A stretch of 63,168 nucleotides of DNA from a virus (Duplodnaviria; Caudoviricetes): positions 1 through 63,168 of the IMG/VR virus record IMGVR_UViG_3300034093_001431. One strand, 5' to 3'. Made by a program: the position numbers and the translations under genes. The first letter of the stretch is position 1, and each line of letters starts with the position of its first letter. Of the stretch, positions 18,191-27,897 are shown in pieces. The notes under the pieces were generated by a model. That model saw only the letters and a program-made list of their open reading frames with translations. It was not told where the DNA came from and searched no databases.

Positions 18191-20536
18191 ATGATACCAT
18201 TTGATAAAATCACACCGTTCCCGCAGGACGACCTGTCGTCCGAAAAGAAGAAGGAGTCCTTTTACGGAGTCTCTGCAGCGAGAGCAATATACGGAAGATG
18301 GTATAGCGCCCCGATACCATATGGTTCGGGCGGAACTGTTTACGGTAACCTCGGGTACTTTAACATGCTCAAGAGTTACGCCGAAGGAAGACAGAGCACA
18401 CTCAAGTACAAGAAGCTGTACAGGGGAGAGAACGTAAGAGATAGCGCCTCGGGCTCAAAAGGTTTTAACGAGAACGCTAGGAAGGGTTACAACAATATCG
18501 GGTTCGACCAGAACAGTATCGTGAGCTCTGCACCTTTATTGATAAGTGTTATCAAGGGCTTGCTTACCCAGAGTGATTATAAGGTAGTAGTGTCGTCAAC
18601 TAGCAAGTCTGACGTAGCACTAAAGAGTAAGATCAAGTGGAAGATGTACGTCGACTCAAAGATCGTAAACCCACTCAAGGAGGAGTTAGGCATACCTTAC
18701 TCGAAGCCTGACTGGGAGCCTCAGACTGTTCCAGAGCTAGAGCTTTATGAGAAGTATCACGGAATCAGGCTGCCTTTGGAAATCGGCATGAGCATGATAG
18801 GCGAGCACGGTTTCGATGTATCAGACTGGAACAAGGTTAGGGACAAGATGATTGACTCAGCCTTGCAGACCTCATTTATATGCGGAAGGGTTGTGACTAA
18901 CGCGGACGGCAGCGTCGGCATGAAGTACATTAACCCGGCCATGTACATAACAGTGTGGGACGATGACAACCCTGAGCTAGACCCGCCATTCGCTGGTCAT
19001 ATTATGAGGGTTCCTATCCATGTCATAAAGCAGAAGATGCCAGAGTTGACAGACAAGGAACTCCAGAGCTTGGCTAGAATGTATGCCAACTCTAACAACG
19101 TGAGTGACCCCACAAACTATCAGTGGACTGCACGCGACCCTGTTACACAGAGGTACACATGGTACGACTTCTTAGTCGACGTGCTTCATTTTGAGTACAA
19201 GACAGATGACGTAACTTTCTATGTAGGCCGTAACGCCACGAACGGTAACTTCGTTTACAAGCAGGAGGACAGGGTAAAGAAGAAGTACGCTGACGGAAGA
19301 CAGAGGAAGACGGATAAGTATTACAAGAATAATATATACGAAGGGTGCTGGATCATAGGATCTAATCACGTCTACGACTACGACCTTCAAAAGAATATGA
19401 TAAAGAACCCTGACGGTTCTTGCGCCCTAAGCTACTTCAGTGAAAGGATAGCCGGCAAGGCTATAGTGGAGAGATGGCAGAGCTTGTTGGATGATCAGCA
19501 GATTGCTACATTAAAGTTGAGGGCTGCTATTCTTGCTGCCGCTCCAAAGGGTCTAGCTATCGACGTCGGCTTGTTAGCTAACATGGACTTGGGGCTTGGA
19601 AAGGTGAGCGCTATGGAGATAGCTCGAATCAGAAGAGAGACCGGTAACCAGTTCTACGCTACTCGACTAGAGGTTGGGCAGAAGTACTCTGGAGCTAACG
19701 CTATGATGGAGCTTGAGAATGGTGTCGGTAGACAGCTTGACGAGTGGATCAGCTATCAGATGTTTATCGAGAATCAGTTAAAGCGTATTGCTGGTATAAC
19801 CGACATGGCTTCAGCAAGTCCGGGGTCTTCTCCAGAGAAGCTAGTCGGCATGGGCCAGATGGAGTTGGACAGCACGAACAACGCGCTCCACAACATACGC
19901 CAAGCTATTATAAGAATTAAAGAGAAGGCTGCAAGGAAGATGATCCAGAAGGTTCGAGTGAACATAGAAGGGGACGCTACTTGCGCTAAGTATTATGAAG
20001 GGTACCTAGGAGAAGTTTATTACAACGCTGTAAAGAACATCAAGGATATTACTTTGAACTCTATAGGTATTAAGATGAAGGCTACCACTACAGCGCAGAG
20101 AAAGGCTTACATAATGAGTCTGCTCGAGGCTAGCTTGGCGGCAGGTAGAAACGGCCAGAAGGGTATAACAACCGCAGACGCTATGTATGTAGAGAAGACC
20201 TTGGAGGACGGCAACGATGAGTTAGCGGCTTGGTACCTAGCATTGGCTGAAGAGCGTGCAGAGAGAAAGATCCAAGAGAATCAGGAACGTATGTCGGCAA
20301 TTAACGCTGACAATAACATGAGAGCGGCACAAGCTGCCGAGCAGACACGCATGCAGTATGAGCAGATATTGAGTCAGTTGAAGACTACCGAGGACGGGCA
20401 GAAGATTGCCAACCAACTCGAGGCAGACCTACTCAAGATCGAGGCTAAGAAGAATGCTGACTACGAGCTGATGACTTTAGAGGGTCAGCTTCAGTCCTCT
20501 CAGGGTAAGGAGATATCAGGAAAGATAAGAATATAA
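18191..20536 (+). CDS. Portal protein
   Basis: 781 aa, follows TerL, helical C-terminus, GITD..S motif. Confidence 0.85.
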   Translation: MIPFDKITPFPQDDLSSEKKKESFYGVSAARAIYGRWYSAPIPYGSGGTVYGNLGYFNMLKSYAEGRQSTLKYKKLYRGENVRDSASGSKGFNENARKGYNNIGFDQNSIVSSAPLLISVIKGLLTQSDYKVVVSSTSKSDVALKSKIKWKMYVDSKIVNPLKEELGIPYSKPDWEPQTVPELELYEKYHGIRLPLEIGMSMIGEHGFDVSDWNKVRDKMIDSALQTSFICGRVVTNADGSVGMKYINPAMYITVWDDDNPELDPPFAGHIMRVPIHVIKQKMPELTDKELQSLARMYANSNNVSDPTNYQWTARDPVTQRYTWYDFLVDVLHFEYKTDDVTFYVGRNATNGNFVYKQEDRVKKKYADGRQRKTDKYYKNNIYEGCWIIGSNHVYDYDLQKNMIKNPDGSCALSYFSERIAGKAIVERWQSLLDDQQIATLKLRAAILAAAPKGLAIDVGLLANMDLGLGKVSAMEIARIRRETGNQFYATRLEVGQKYSGANAMMELENGVGRQLDEWISYQMFIENQLKRIAGITDMASASPGSSPEKLVGMGQMELDSTNNALHNIRQAIIRIKEKAARKMIQKVRVNIEGDATCAKYYEGYLGEVYYNAVKNIKDITLNSIGIKMKATTTAQRKAYIMSLLEASLAAGRNGQKGITTADAMYVEKTLEDGNDELAAWYLALAEERAERKIQENQERMSAINADNNMRAAQAAEQTRMQYEQILSQLKTTEDGQKIANQLEADLLKIEAKKNADYELMTLEGQLQSSQGKEISGKIRI

Positions 20537-20551
20537 AACAAATAACAAGTA

Positions 20552-21694
20552 ATGGATACAAACAACATCCCGGCAGATTTTGCTTTTGGGTTCTCTCAGA
20601 GTAACCCGAACGCGAGCAATGATGACATGGTAGCTGCGTGGCAGCAAAAAAATCCTACACCGGATCCTACACCGGATCCTATTAACGAAGGTGTTGACCC
20701 GGCGGCTAACGCAGGTGATCCGCCTGCTGACGGATCGGCAGACCCTCAGGCAAATCCAGCTCCGGCTTATGACTTCTCAAAGTTTGGGCTTCAGAACGAG
20801 GATGAGCTGACAGGGATCCTTGGTGATTACAAGAGGCTTAAGGAAGAGTCGAAGGTTATGGATTATGTAAAGAACCCGTTCGCTAACGACACGATTAAGC
20901 AGATCAATAACTTCAGCAAGTCTACAGGGATCAACGACCTTAACTTGGCAACGACTGTCATCAACACGTCTGACGACGACTTGAAGGCAAACCCGGTCAA
21001 GGCAATCGCTATAGAGATGTTGCTGTCTAACCCGAAGCTGGCTAGTGTAGGTCTCGACGAGATCATGGAAGGTGTTGCTCAGAAGTACAACGTCGACATG
21101 GACTACATAGGTCGTGACGGGTACAAGTTACCGCCCCTATTAAAGATGGACGCTACCAGCGCCATAGAGTCGCTAGAAAAAAAACGTAGCGAGTTTATGG
21201 GTGGTGATGATTATTTTGTAAATTTGCAAACGCAAGCTGCTAAGAATGAGAGCGCAAGGCAGGAGCACATGACTAAATGGGAACAATCAATCCCAGAAGT
21301 CAAGGCACCTCTAAAGGCATTAACTCACTCTGTTGATACGGGAATAGATGAGCTTGGTCAGATTCAATTTAGCGTCGCGGTTAGCGAGCAGGAAGTGGAC
21401 GAGGCTGTGAAATCCCTAAAGAGCTTGGGTGTTTTGGAAGGATTGAATCCCGATAAAGAAGGGATAGCGTCTGTAAGACAAGCGGTAGAGTTCAACTTGC
21501 GGTTAGCAAAGATGGACGACATCATCCGCGAATCTGTAAAGGCAGTTGCAGGTAAACTACAAGAGAAGATTGTCAAGGACAACCTCAACATAGGACCGGT
21601 CACTCCTCAAAGAATCACCCCAGCCCCTCAGTCAGGTAAGGTTATTAGCCCAGCTGAACAGGCTCTAGATACGTTTAGAGGCGGCGGCAGATAA
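20552..21694 (+). CDS. Scaffold/head assembly protein
   Basis: Between portal and MCP; acidic Pro-rich N-terminus with CCTACACCGGAT duplication. Confidence 0.6.
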   Translation: MDTNNIPADFAFGFSQSNPNASNDDMVAAWQQKNPTPDPTPDPINEGVDPAANAGDPPADGSADPQANPAPAYDFSKFGLQNEDELTGILGDYKRLKEESKVMDYVKNPFANDTIKQINNFSKSTGINDLNLATTVINTSDDDLKANPVKAIAIEMLLSNPKLASVGLDEIMEGVAQKYNVDMDYIGRDGYKLPPLLKMDATSAIESLEKKRSEFMGGDDYFVNLQTQAAKNESARQEHMTKWEQSIPEVKAPLKALTHSVDTGIDELGQIQFSVAVSEQEVDEAVKSLKSLGVLEGLNPDKEGIASVRQAVEFNLRLAKMDDIIRESVKAVAGKLQEKIVKDNLNIGPVTPQRITPAPQSGKVISPAEQALDTFRGGGR

Positions 21695-21708
21695 AAAATT
21701 AAACCATT

Positions 21709-23106
21709 ATGAATCCAAATTCAGTTAATCCAAATACTCCGGGTTACGCGCAGTCGAGCATCCTAGCGGTGTCTGACTTTGTACGTCCGGATTTCCAGAC
21801 TAAGCTGTTCAAGCAGTACGGTCAGTTCATGGACGAACTCTTGCTGCTTAAGCGCATGCAGGCTACCCGTCCTATTCGCAACGCATCAGGCGGTTTCCAC
21901 TTTGAAGAAGATTACTACGATAACTTCATCGAGGTGAAGGCTGATGCTGGTACTGCTACAACTACTCTTGAGTTCACTATTGCGAACTCACAGATCGAGA
22001 CAGTTGGATCGGTGCGCACAGTGTATGTTAATGTTGGGGACCTTATCTACGATCCGATCGCTATGATCCGTGGTCAGGTTATTGACGTTGACATCCCGCC
22101 TTCTGGTGACATTACTGTTACGGCTAAGTCTCTCCGTGGCGAGACATGGACTGTGCCAACAGCAGGTGACAAGTACGGTATCTACTCTAACGCATACGAC
22201 GAGAACACAGACCAGCCTGATGCTAAGTCAAGCTACTGGGAGAAGTTCTCATTCAAGTTGCAGACTTTGAAGACTTCTGCCTTGATTACAGGTAACGCGT
22301 CTATCGACCAGCTCTTCCCTGAGACTGACGAGGCGGGTAACTTCGTAGGTAACTGGGGTGGTGTTCAGCGTACACAGGCTGAGTTCCGTCACTTGAAGTC
22401 AACCATCGGTCAGTTGATCCTTGGTTTGGAGTCTAACCAGTCAGGTGTGTCTCAGACTACACACGGTATGATGGACCGCTTCTTGAACCGTGCACAGACA
22501 GTTCAGAGCAACGGTATGTCTAACCCAATCGGTACACTAGAAGACCTTATCGATGTTCTTAAGCCTGTAAATGCTGAGAACAACTACATGGGTTGGTTGT
22601 GCCGCGAGGTTAACCGCCCGCTTCAGAACGCTTTGTTGACAGAGTTCCAGAACGCTAACATCTCTGCAGTGCGTCGTCAGTCTGCTGAAATTATCTTCGG
22701 CGAGGGCGAGGCTTCTGAGAACATGTACGCGACATTCGATTTTGAATGCATGGTTAAGGAAGGTATGACGTTCAACCTACGTGCGTTTGACTTATCTTAT
22801 GACCCAAAGGTATTTGGTCTAGGTGGCGCTAACAACCAGTTTGTTAACACAGCTTACTTCTTGCCAGCAGGTACAGGGTATGACGCTCAGGGTGCATCAC
22901 GCCGCCACATGGAATTGGCTTACGGTGTCAACGGTGACAACGGTCAGGATCGTATGATGAAGATTTGGGAGACTGGTGCTAACGCTCCTGTTCCAACGAA
23001 CGCGATCGATAACCGAGTAACTCACTACTTGACTCACTTCGGTATCCAGTTCTTCTCACTTAAGCAGTGTGCTATCATCTACAATGAGGACTTGATCCCA
23101 TCGTAA
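21709..23106 (+). CDS. Major capsid protein (HK97 fold, crAss-like)
   Basis: 465 aa, strongly biased codon use, position, followed by terminator. Confidence 0.85.
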   Translation: MNPNSVNPNTPGYAQSSILAVSDFVRPDFQTKLFKQYGQFMDELLLLKRMQATRPIRNASGGFHFEEDYYDNFIEVKADAGTATTTLEFTIANSQIETVGSVRTVYVNVGDLIYDPIAMIRGQVIDVDIPPSGDITVTAKSLRGETWTVPTAGDKYGIYSNAYDENTDQPDAKSSYWEKFSFKLQTLKTSALITGNASIDQLFPETDEAGNFVGNWGGVQRTQAEFRHLKSTIGQLILGLESNQSGVSQTTHGMMDRFLNRAQTVQSNGMSNPIGTLEDLIDVLKPVNAENNYMGWLCREVNRPLQNALLTEFQNANISAVRRQSAEIIFGEGEASENMYATFDFECMVKEGMTFNLRAFDLSYDPKVFGLGGANNQFVNTAYFLPAGTGYDAQGASRRHMELAYGVNGDNGQDRMMKIWETGANAPVPTNAIDNRVTHYLTHFGIQFFSLKQCAIIYNEDLIPS

Positions 23107-23124
23107 GTTGAATACATAGAATAA

Positions 23125-23164
23125 AAAGAGGGCGGCAGTGTGTCGCCCTTTTTTATTATATTTG
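23125..23164 (+). terminator. Terminator after MCP plus TATATTTG promoter box
   Basis: AGGGCGGCA-gtg-TGTCGCCCT plus T run. Confidence 0.8.
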
Positions 23165-23184
23165 CGACATAAATAATTACAAAC

Positions 23185-24111
23185 ATGATTTTTATTGACG
23201 GAGAAAGACAGACAGATTTCCGAAAGGAAAGAGAAATCTTGAAGGGTGTATTCCCTAACAGCTTTGATGTTGCAAATCCAGCACCTATTGTAGTACACAG
23301 GAAGTCTGGTTCTTACGAGACAGCTACATTGTACAAGCCAGCAGTCACAGATGTCCCTATGGGTCAGCGTGTTGTCATGCCGCCGCCTACGGTTTTCAGT
23401 GTAACCGGAAGGATGAGGATGGAGGACAACATCATGCACCAGTGGAACTACAGCGAGCTATTCCCTCAGAGTAATGACGGAGCGCCAGTGTTCAAACAGA
23501 AGGGTGTTCACGTTCACCACGGGATGACGATCGATCCGGATCGTGACTTCGAGAAGTTGGTTTACCTTTGGTTCTACTCTAAAGGTTTTACAAACAACTA
23601 CAGAGGTAACAACTTTGCATTCTATGAGTTTGTGATACCAGCACAGCAGGCTAAGATTCGTATCGAAAGCGTGAAGGTTCTTCACAAGTACATGAGCGAG
23701 TTGCTGGTGGAAGATACCAGAATGAGCTACGACAAGATGAAGAGCATCATGACCATGCTTAACATTAAAGGCAACGGTGTAGAGGAAGAGGAAAGGACTC
23801 AGCTTTACGACATGATTATTGCTAACAAGGGACAGTTCGCTTCTCGTTACGACCAAGCAAAGGAAAACGCTGAGGCTATGGAAAGTAAGACAGGAGAGTC
23901 TGCTAGCAGCGTGAGTGTCTTGATTAAGCAGTTGATCAAGGACTTAGTTCTTGTTGAGAAGGACGGCATGTGGGTTGTAAACAACAAGGAAGGGGCAGAG
24001 AAGAGAATCATCACGCAGGTGAAGGGTTCGAAGAAGGCGGACAAGGAAAACAACCTCATCAAGTACATGGCTGTAAGCCCTGAAGACTTGGAGTACCTTG
24101 AGACCCTATAA
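23185..24111 (+). CDS. Conserved head-module protein (crAss gene-75 position)
   Basis: Synteny only. Confidence 0.45.
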   Translation: MIFIDGERQTDFRKEREILKGVFPNSFDVANPAPIVVHRKSGSYETATLYKPAVTDVPMGQRVVMPPPTVFSVTGRMRMEDNIMHQWNYSELFPQSNDGAPVFKQKGVHVHHGMTIDPDRDFEKLVYLWFYSKGFTNNYRGNNFAFYEFVIPAQQAKIRIESVKVLHKYMSELLVEDTRMSYDKMKSIMTMLNIKGNGVEEEERTQLYDMIIANKGQFASRYDQAKENAEAMESKTGESASSVSVLIKQLIKDLVLVEKDGMWVVNNKEGAEKRIITQVKGSKKADKENNLIKYMAVSPEDLEYLETL

Positions 24112-24134
24112 CATATAGAAACTATTTAATCTTC

Positions 24135-24169
24135 AAAAGCGCTCAAGTGGGCGCTTTTGTTTATTTTTG
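24135..24169 (+). terminator. Terminator plus TATTTTTG promoter box
   Basis: AAAAGCGCTC-aagt-GGGCGCTTTT. Confidence 0.75.
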
Positions 24170-24173
24170 TAAC

Positions 24174-26456
24174 ATGATAATCAGCAGCGTATCTGATCTA
24201 AAGCTGGTGGCTAGGTCCGCCACTAACCGTATTGTTTTTTACGACAGTAACGACCGTCCTATAGTGGGCATCAAGGTTACTGATCAGGTTCAGGTGAGCT
24301 ACACGGACAGCCAGCTGGTAATAATCAACAACGCGGATCAGGTGTACAGGTTCACGATCTACGCTCTGTACGACATAGACGGGAAAGGTTTTACCCCTAT
24401 CGATAATGACAGCTATTCTATAGAAGATTACCAGCAGAAGTTACAGGAGGCGTTCGAATGGCTACAGACCGTAGTGCTTGTAAGCTGTTGCGACGGCGGG
24501 GATAGCCCCTTAGAGCTCAGGTTCTATCCGGACCTAGCGTCATTTCCAGTTCCGGGTACCTCTGGTTTGCTATACATAGACGAGGCCGCTAACACTATAT
24601 ACAGGTGGGATGCTCCCAACTATGTGAGTCTTGGTAATAGCTCTGGAGGCGGGATCAAGTATGGTGTTGCCTCAGGAACAAACACTTACACTGTTACTAT
24701 CACAGGTGTTTCGTCGTACACAGACGGGGATACTTACGTTGTTAAGTTCACCAACGGGAATGATGACGATTCTACTATAGATATTAACGGGCTTGGCCCC
24801 AAGACCTTGGTTAAAAAAGTTAACACACAGGTTACAGGTGGCGATATAGTGTCTGGTCAGGACCTTATAATCATATACGACGGGACTAACTTTCAGTGTA
24901 TAGGTATAGCCCCTAACCAGTTCTTTGCTTACGTCACTAACGATGACTCTGTAACAATCAGCAAGGGTCAGCCTGTTTACGCCTTCGGGGCAGCAGGCAA
25001 CAGGATGAGTGTTAAGTTAGCTTCTAATACTGGAGATGCTACGTCAGCGCAAACCGTTGGGGTAGTATTCAGTTCGAGTATTGCTGCTGGTCAAACGGGA
25101 TTTGTAATAACCCAAGGTGTGATATCCGGTTTAAATACCGCAGCATATTCCCCGGGGGATCAGCTGTACCTTGGCGCGACAGCCGGGACTCTCACCAACG
25201 TGAAGCCATATGCCCCGAATCACTTGGTGTATATAGGAATAGTTGAGAGGGCTAACGCAGGCAACGGTCAGATCTATATCAAGCCGCAAAATGGTTATGA
25301 GTTAGACGAGCTTCACGATGTTGATTTAATAACAACCCCGCCTACAGATAAAGAAGTCCTGACATACAACAGCTCGACAGGGCTTTGGGAGAACAAGCCT
25401 ATCCCGACCCTAGACTTAACTGTACTCAACGCAACCACGGCAAACCAAAGGGAAAATAACTGGGCTCCGTCGGGATGGCCGGGAACAGATATAGTTAAGG
25501 TTATTGATATTACAGTAACTCACGTTGATAAGGTGCTTATCATATCAGGGCTCAGTAACCCTTCTGCCGGAAGGATTGTCACATTAAGAAATAGCAGTGT
25601 TAACCAACTGATTATTCTAGAGCAAAGAGGAAGCGCCTCTACTGCAGCCAATAGATTCAACTTCACAGGTAATGGAGCGTACTTCCTACTACCTGAAAGA
25701 TCAGTAACACTTCTGTATGATGGAACTTATTGGAACCAATTATCTAGCACGGGTATTTATGGAGGCTTGGATTCCTTTGATGATTTCACAAACATAACCC
25801 CTAACTACGCTACAACTAGCAGTAACCTTTATCACTTCCTTTTAAGCGGAACAGGATCAGGTGTTAGATCTGAAGGTGTGTCAGGTATTTACGGAACAAT
25901 TGCAATTTCTACAGGAACAACAACTACCGGTAACGTGAGAGGTTCTGTAGACTTTAGAAGAGGAGCAGGCTTCTTGGGAGGAACCGTTTACAGGCCCGGT
26001 GTTGTACTTAATAAAGTTCTGACGCCCGTGCTTCCTGCGGTCGGTAATGATTACTACTTCCAGTGCGGACTCAACGGAGCTACACCTACAGCTACGGCAG
26101 GTACTGCAGGATTTGGTTTTAATTGGCAGGTTCCAACGATAGCAAGCGGCGTGACCAATTGGCAGACCGTCAACTCCAACACTATAGGAACCATAGTAAA
26201 CACAACAACGTCAGGGCTTGCTCTTACAACGAGCGCTTTTGTTTGGTTAGGGATATTTTTAACAGGTGTTCATGGAGAGGCTGTTTACTTTTATAGCACC
26301 AATGGACAAGACTACGTTGTAGACAACAGGTTCTTAAGAACGACGGGTAACTATCTAGGAACTCCTTACATAAGCGTTGTGAAAACAACAGGTACTACAG
26401 CAAGAGACGTTCAGATGGACTTCTCAGGACTATCATTTAATTCCTCAGTAAGATAA
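24174..26456 (+). CDS. Tail/head fibre-like virion protein
   Basis: Gly/Thr-rich beta segments, LDELHDV, LTYNSSTGLWEN fibre motifs; start moved to ATG 24174. Confidence 0.7.
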   Translation: MIISSVSDLKLVARSATNRIVFYDSNDRPIVGIKVTDQVQVSYTDSQLVIINNADQVYRFTIYALYDIDGKGFTPIDNDSYSIEDYQQKLQEAFEWLQTVVLVSCCDGGDSPLELRFYPDLASFPVPGTSGLLYIDEAANTIYRWDAPNYVSLGNSSGGGIKYGVASGTNTYTVTITGVSSYTDGDTYVVKFTNGNDDDSTIDINGLGPKTLVKKVNTQVTGGDIVSGQDLIIIYDGTNFQCIGIAPNQFFAYVTNDDSVTISKGQPVYAFGAAGNRMSVKLASNTGDATSAQTVGVVFSSSIAAGQTGFVITQGVISGLNTAAYSPGDQLYLGATAGTLTNVKPYAPNHLVYIGIVERANAGNGQIYIKPQNGYELDELHDVDLITTPPTDKEVLTYNSSTGLWENKPIPTLDLTVLNATTANQRENNWAPSGWPGTDIVKVIDITVTHVDKVLIISGLSNPSAGRIVTLRNSSVNQLIILEQRGSASTAANRFNFTGNGAYFLLPERSVTLLYDGTYWNQLSSTGIYGGLDSFDDFTNITPNYATTSSNLYHFLLSGTGSGVRSEGVSGIYGTIAISTGTTTTGNVRGSVDFRRGAGFLGGTVYRPGVVLNKVLTPVLPAVGNDYYFQCGLNGATPTATAGTAGFGFNWQVPTIASGVTNWQTVNSNTIGTIVNTTTSGLALTTSAFVWLGIFLTGVHGEAVYFYSTNGQDYVVDNRFLRTTGNYLGTPYISVVKTTGTTARDVQMDFSGLSFNSSVR

Positions 26457-26749
26457 TGCTATACTACAAACTAACAGGTATGTTTAAAGATTCTTCTGAT
26501 AAACCACAGGAGATGCACATTATAGAAAAGTGTCAGGAAGAATTGATTTCTACCAGACCAGACGAAATGAAAGAAGTTATAAGGATTCAGTTTAAGAAAT
26601 TAAATAACGGAGTGGTGCCGGAGATAACTTACGACTACCAGTTAATCACACTGACTGAGTTTAATAAGCACGTGATCGAAGACAACTTCGAGTACGTGGA
26701 GATACCTGTCGATGAAGCCGGCAGGATAATGGATGAAGAAATTAAATAA
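26456..26749 (+). CDS. Hypothetical protein (possible fibre chaperone)
   Basis: Coupled to fibre gene. Confidence 0.55.
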   Translation: MLYYKLTGMFKDSSDKPQEMHIIEKCQEELISTRPDEMKEVIRIQFKKLNNGVVPEITYDYQLITLTEFNKHVIEDNFEYVEIPVDEAGRIMDEEIK

Positions 26750-26757
26750 ATACTAAT

Positions 26758-27807
26758 ATGATAACAGCAGAACAACTCGGCATCCCGCAGGTTTTATTTG
26801 ACGCCTGCATAGACAAGGTAATAAAAATAAAACAGGTCCACAAGGCAACCCCTCTCCGTACATCTGAGACGGTAACTAACAAGTTGCCTCACCCTTTGTA
26901 TCCCGGAAGGTTTATAACAAAGAGGCAGGTTGTCGAAGGTATCAGTCTTCGCTACTACAAGAAGAATGAATTGTTTGGTGCAGGGCTACTCAACTTTATC
27001 GCTTATCGAACAAGAGAGGGGTACGTGTACTCGGAGGACAAGTCTACGCAAGAAGTGTTCGTGTTCACTAGCTCGCAGGGCAAGGAGTTTGTTGTGCAGT
27101 TGGAAGGAGGTAAGGTCTTAACCTTTGATTCCGCAGGAAAAGAGACGTCCAAGGTTTACTCTATAAAGATAACTAATTCATTTACTCGTGAGGTCACGTA
27201 CCTTACGCGCGAGGTTACCGTTGAGCAGATGGCTTCGGAGTTAAATATTTCACTAGAGCTAGCAACAGAGATAATTAACGCTCACCAAGATTCCGGCGCA
27301 TGGGTCTGGGAAGCATCAACTATCGCTACAAGCAATCACCTAGCTAACGCGTTCTCTACATTGTCTTTGAATGATGGTGTGGTTAGTGGAAACTTTTACG
27401 TGAACGGTAAGGACTTCAGAGAGTTCGAGCCATTCGGTAGTATTGTATTCCCGTTTGGGAAGGCAGGTCAAGACTTCTGCGTGGACTGGGTGCTTTACAA
27501 TGAGCACGTAGACCTGACGCCGGACTGGGTTTCAGAAGGAAACTTTGGTGAGGGAGCAAGGGTACGCATAGCAGAAAAGGAAGACGCTAAGGCGTTTACA
27601 GTAAACGTGGCAGAGACAGACGGTGAGCCGTCCTATGATGCGGAAACCCACACGTTCTACTACAACCCTAGCAAGCAGAGCCTGCTAGCTATAGTGCCGA
27701 CCTTGTTGCCGGCTCAAGGAAAGAACGACGACTACGAGTGTTTGATAGACTTGAAGACAGGTGCGGTGTACTACTCACGATTTGAGGCTATGGCCAACGC
27801 TGAATAG
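26758..27807 (+). CDS. Hypothetical structural-region protein
   Basis: 349-aa ORF. Confidence 0.7.
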   Translation: MITAEQLGIPQVLFDACIDKVIKIKQVHKATPLRTSETVTNKLPHPLYPGRFITKRQVVEGISLRYYKKNELFGAGLLNFIAYRTREGYVYSEDKSTQEVFVFTSSQGKEFVVQLEGGKVLTFDSAGKETSKVYSIKITNSFTREVTYLTREVTVEQMASELNISLELATEIINAHQDSGAWVWEASTIATSNHLANAFSTLSLNDGVVSGNFYVNGKDFREFEPFGSIVFPFGKAGQDFCVDWVLYNEHVDLTPDWVSEGNFGEGARVRIAEKEDAKAFTVNVAETDGEPSYDAETHTFYYNPSKQSLLAIVPTLLPAQGKNDDYECLIDLKTGAVYYSRFEAMANAE

Positions 27808-27897
27808 TTTTACTTATTTGTAATGATATAATATTAGAAGCCATTAGTTTGAACTATTGGCTTTCTTTTTTACTATTTTTGTACAAAATATAATGAG

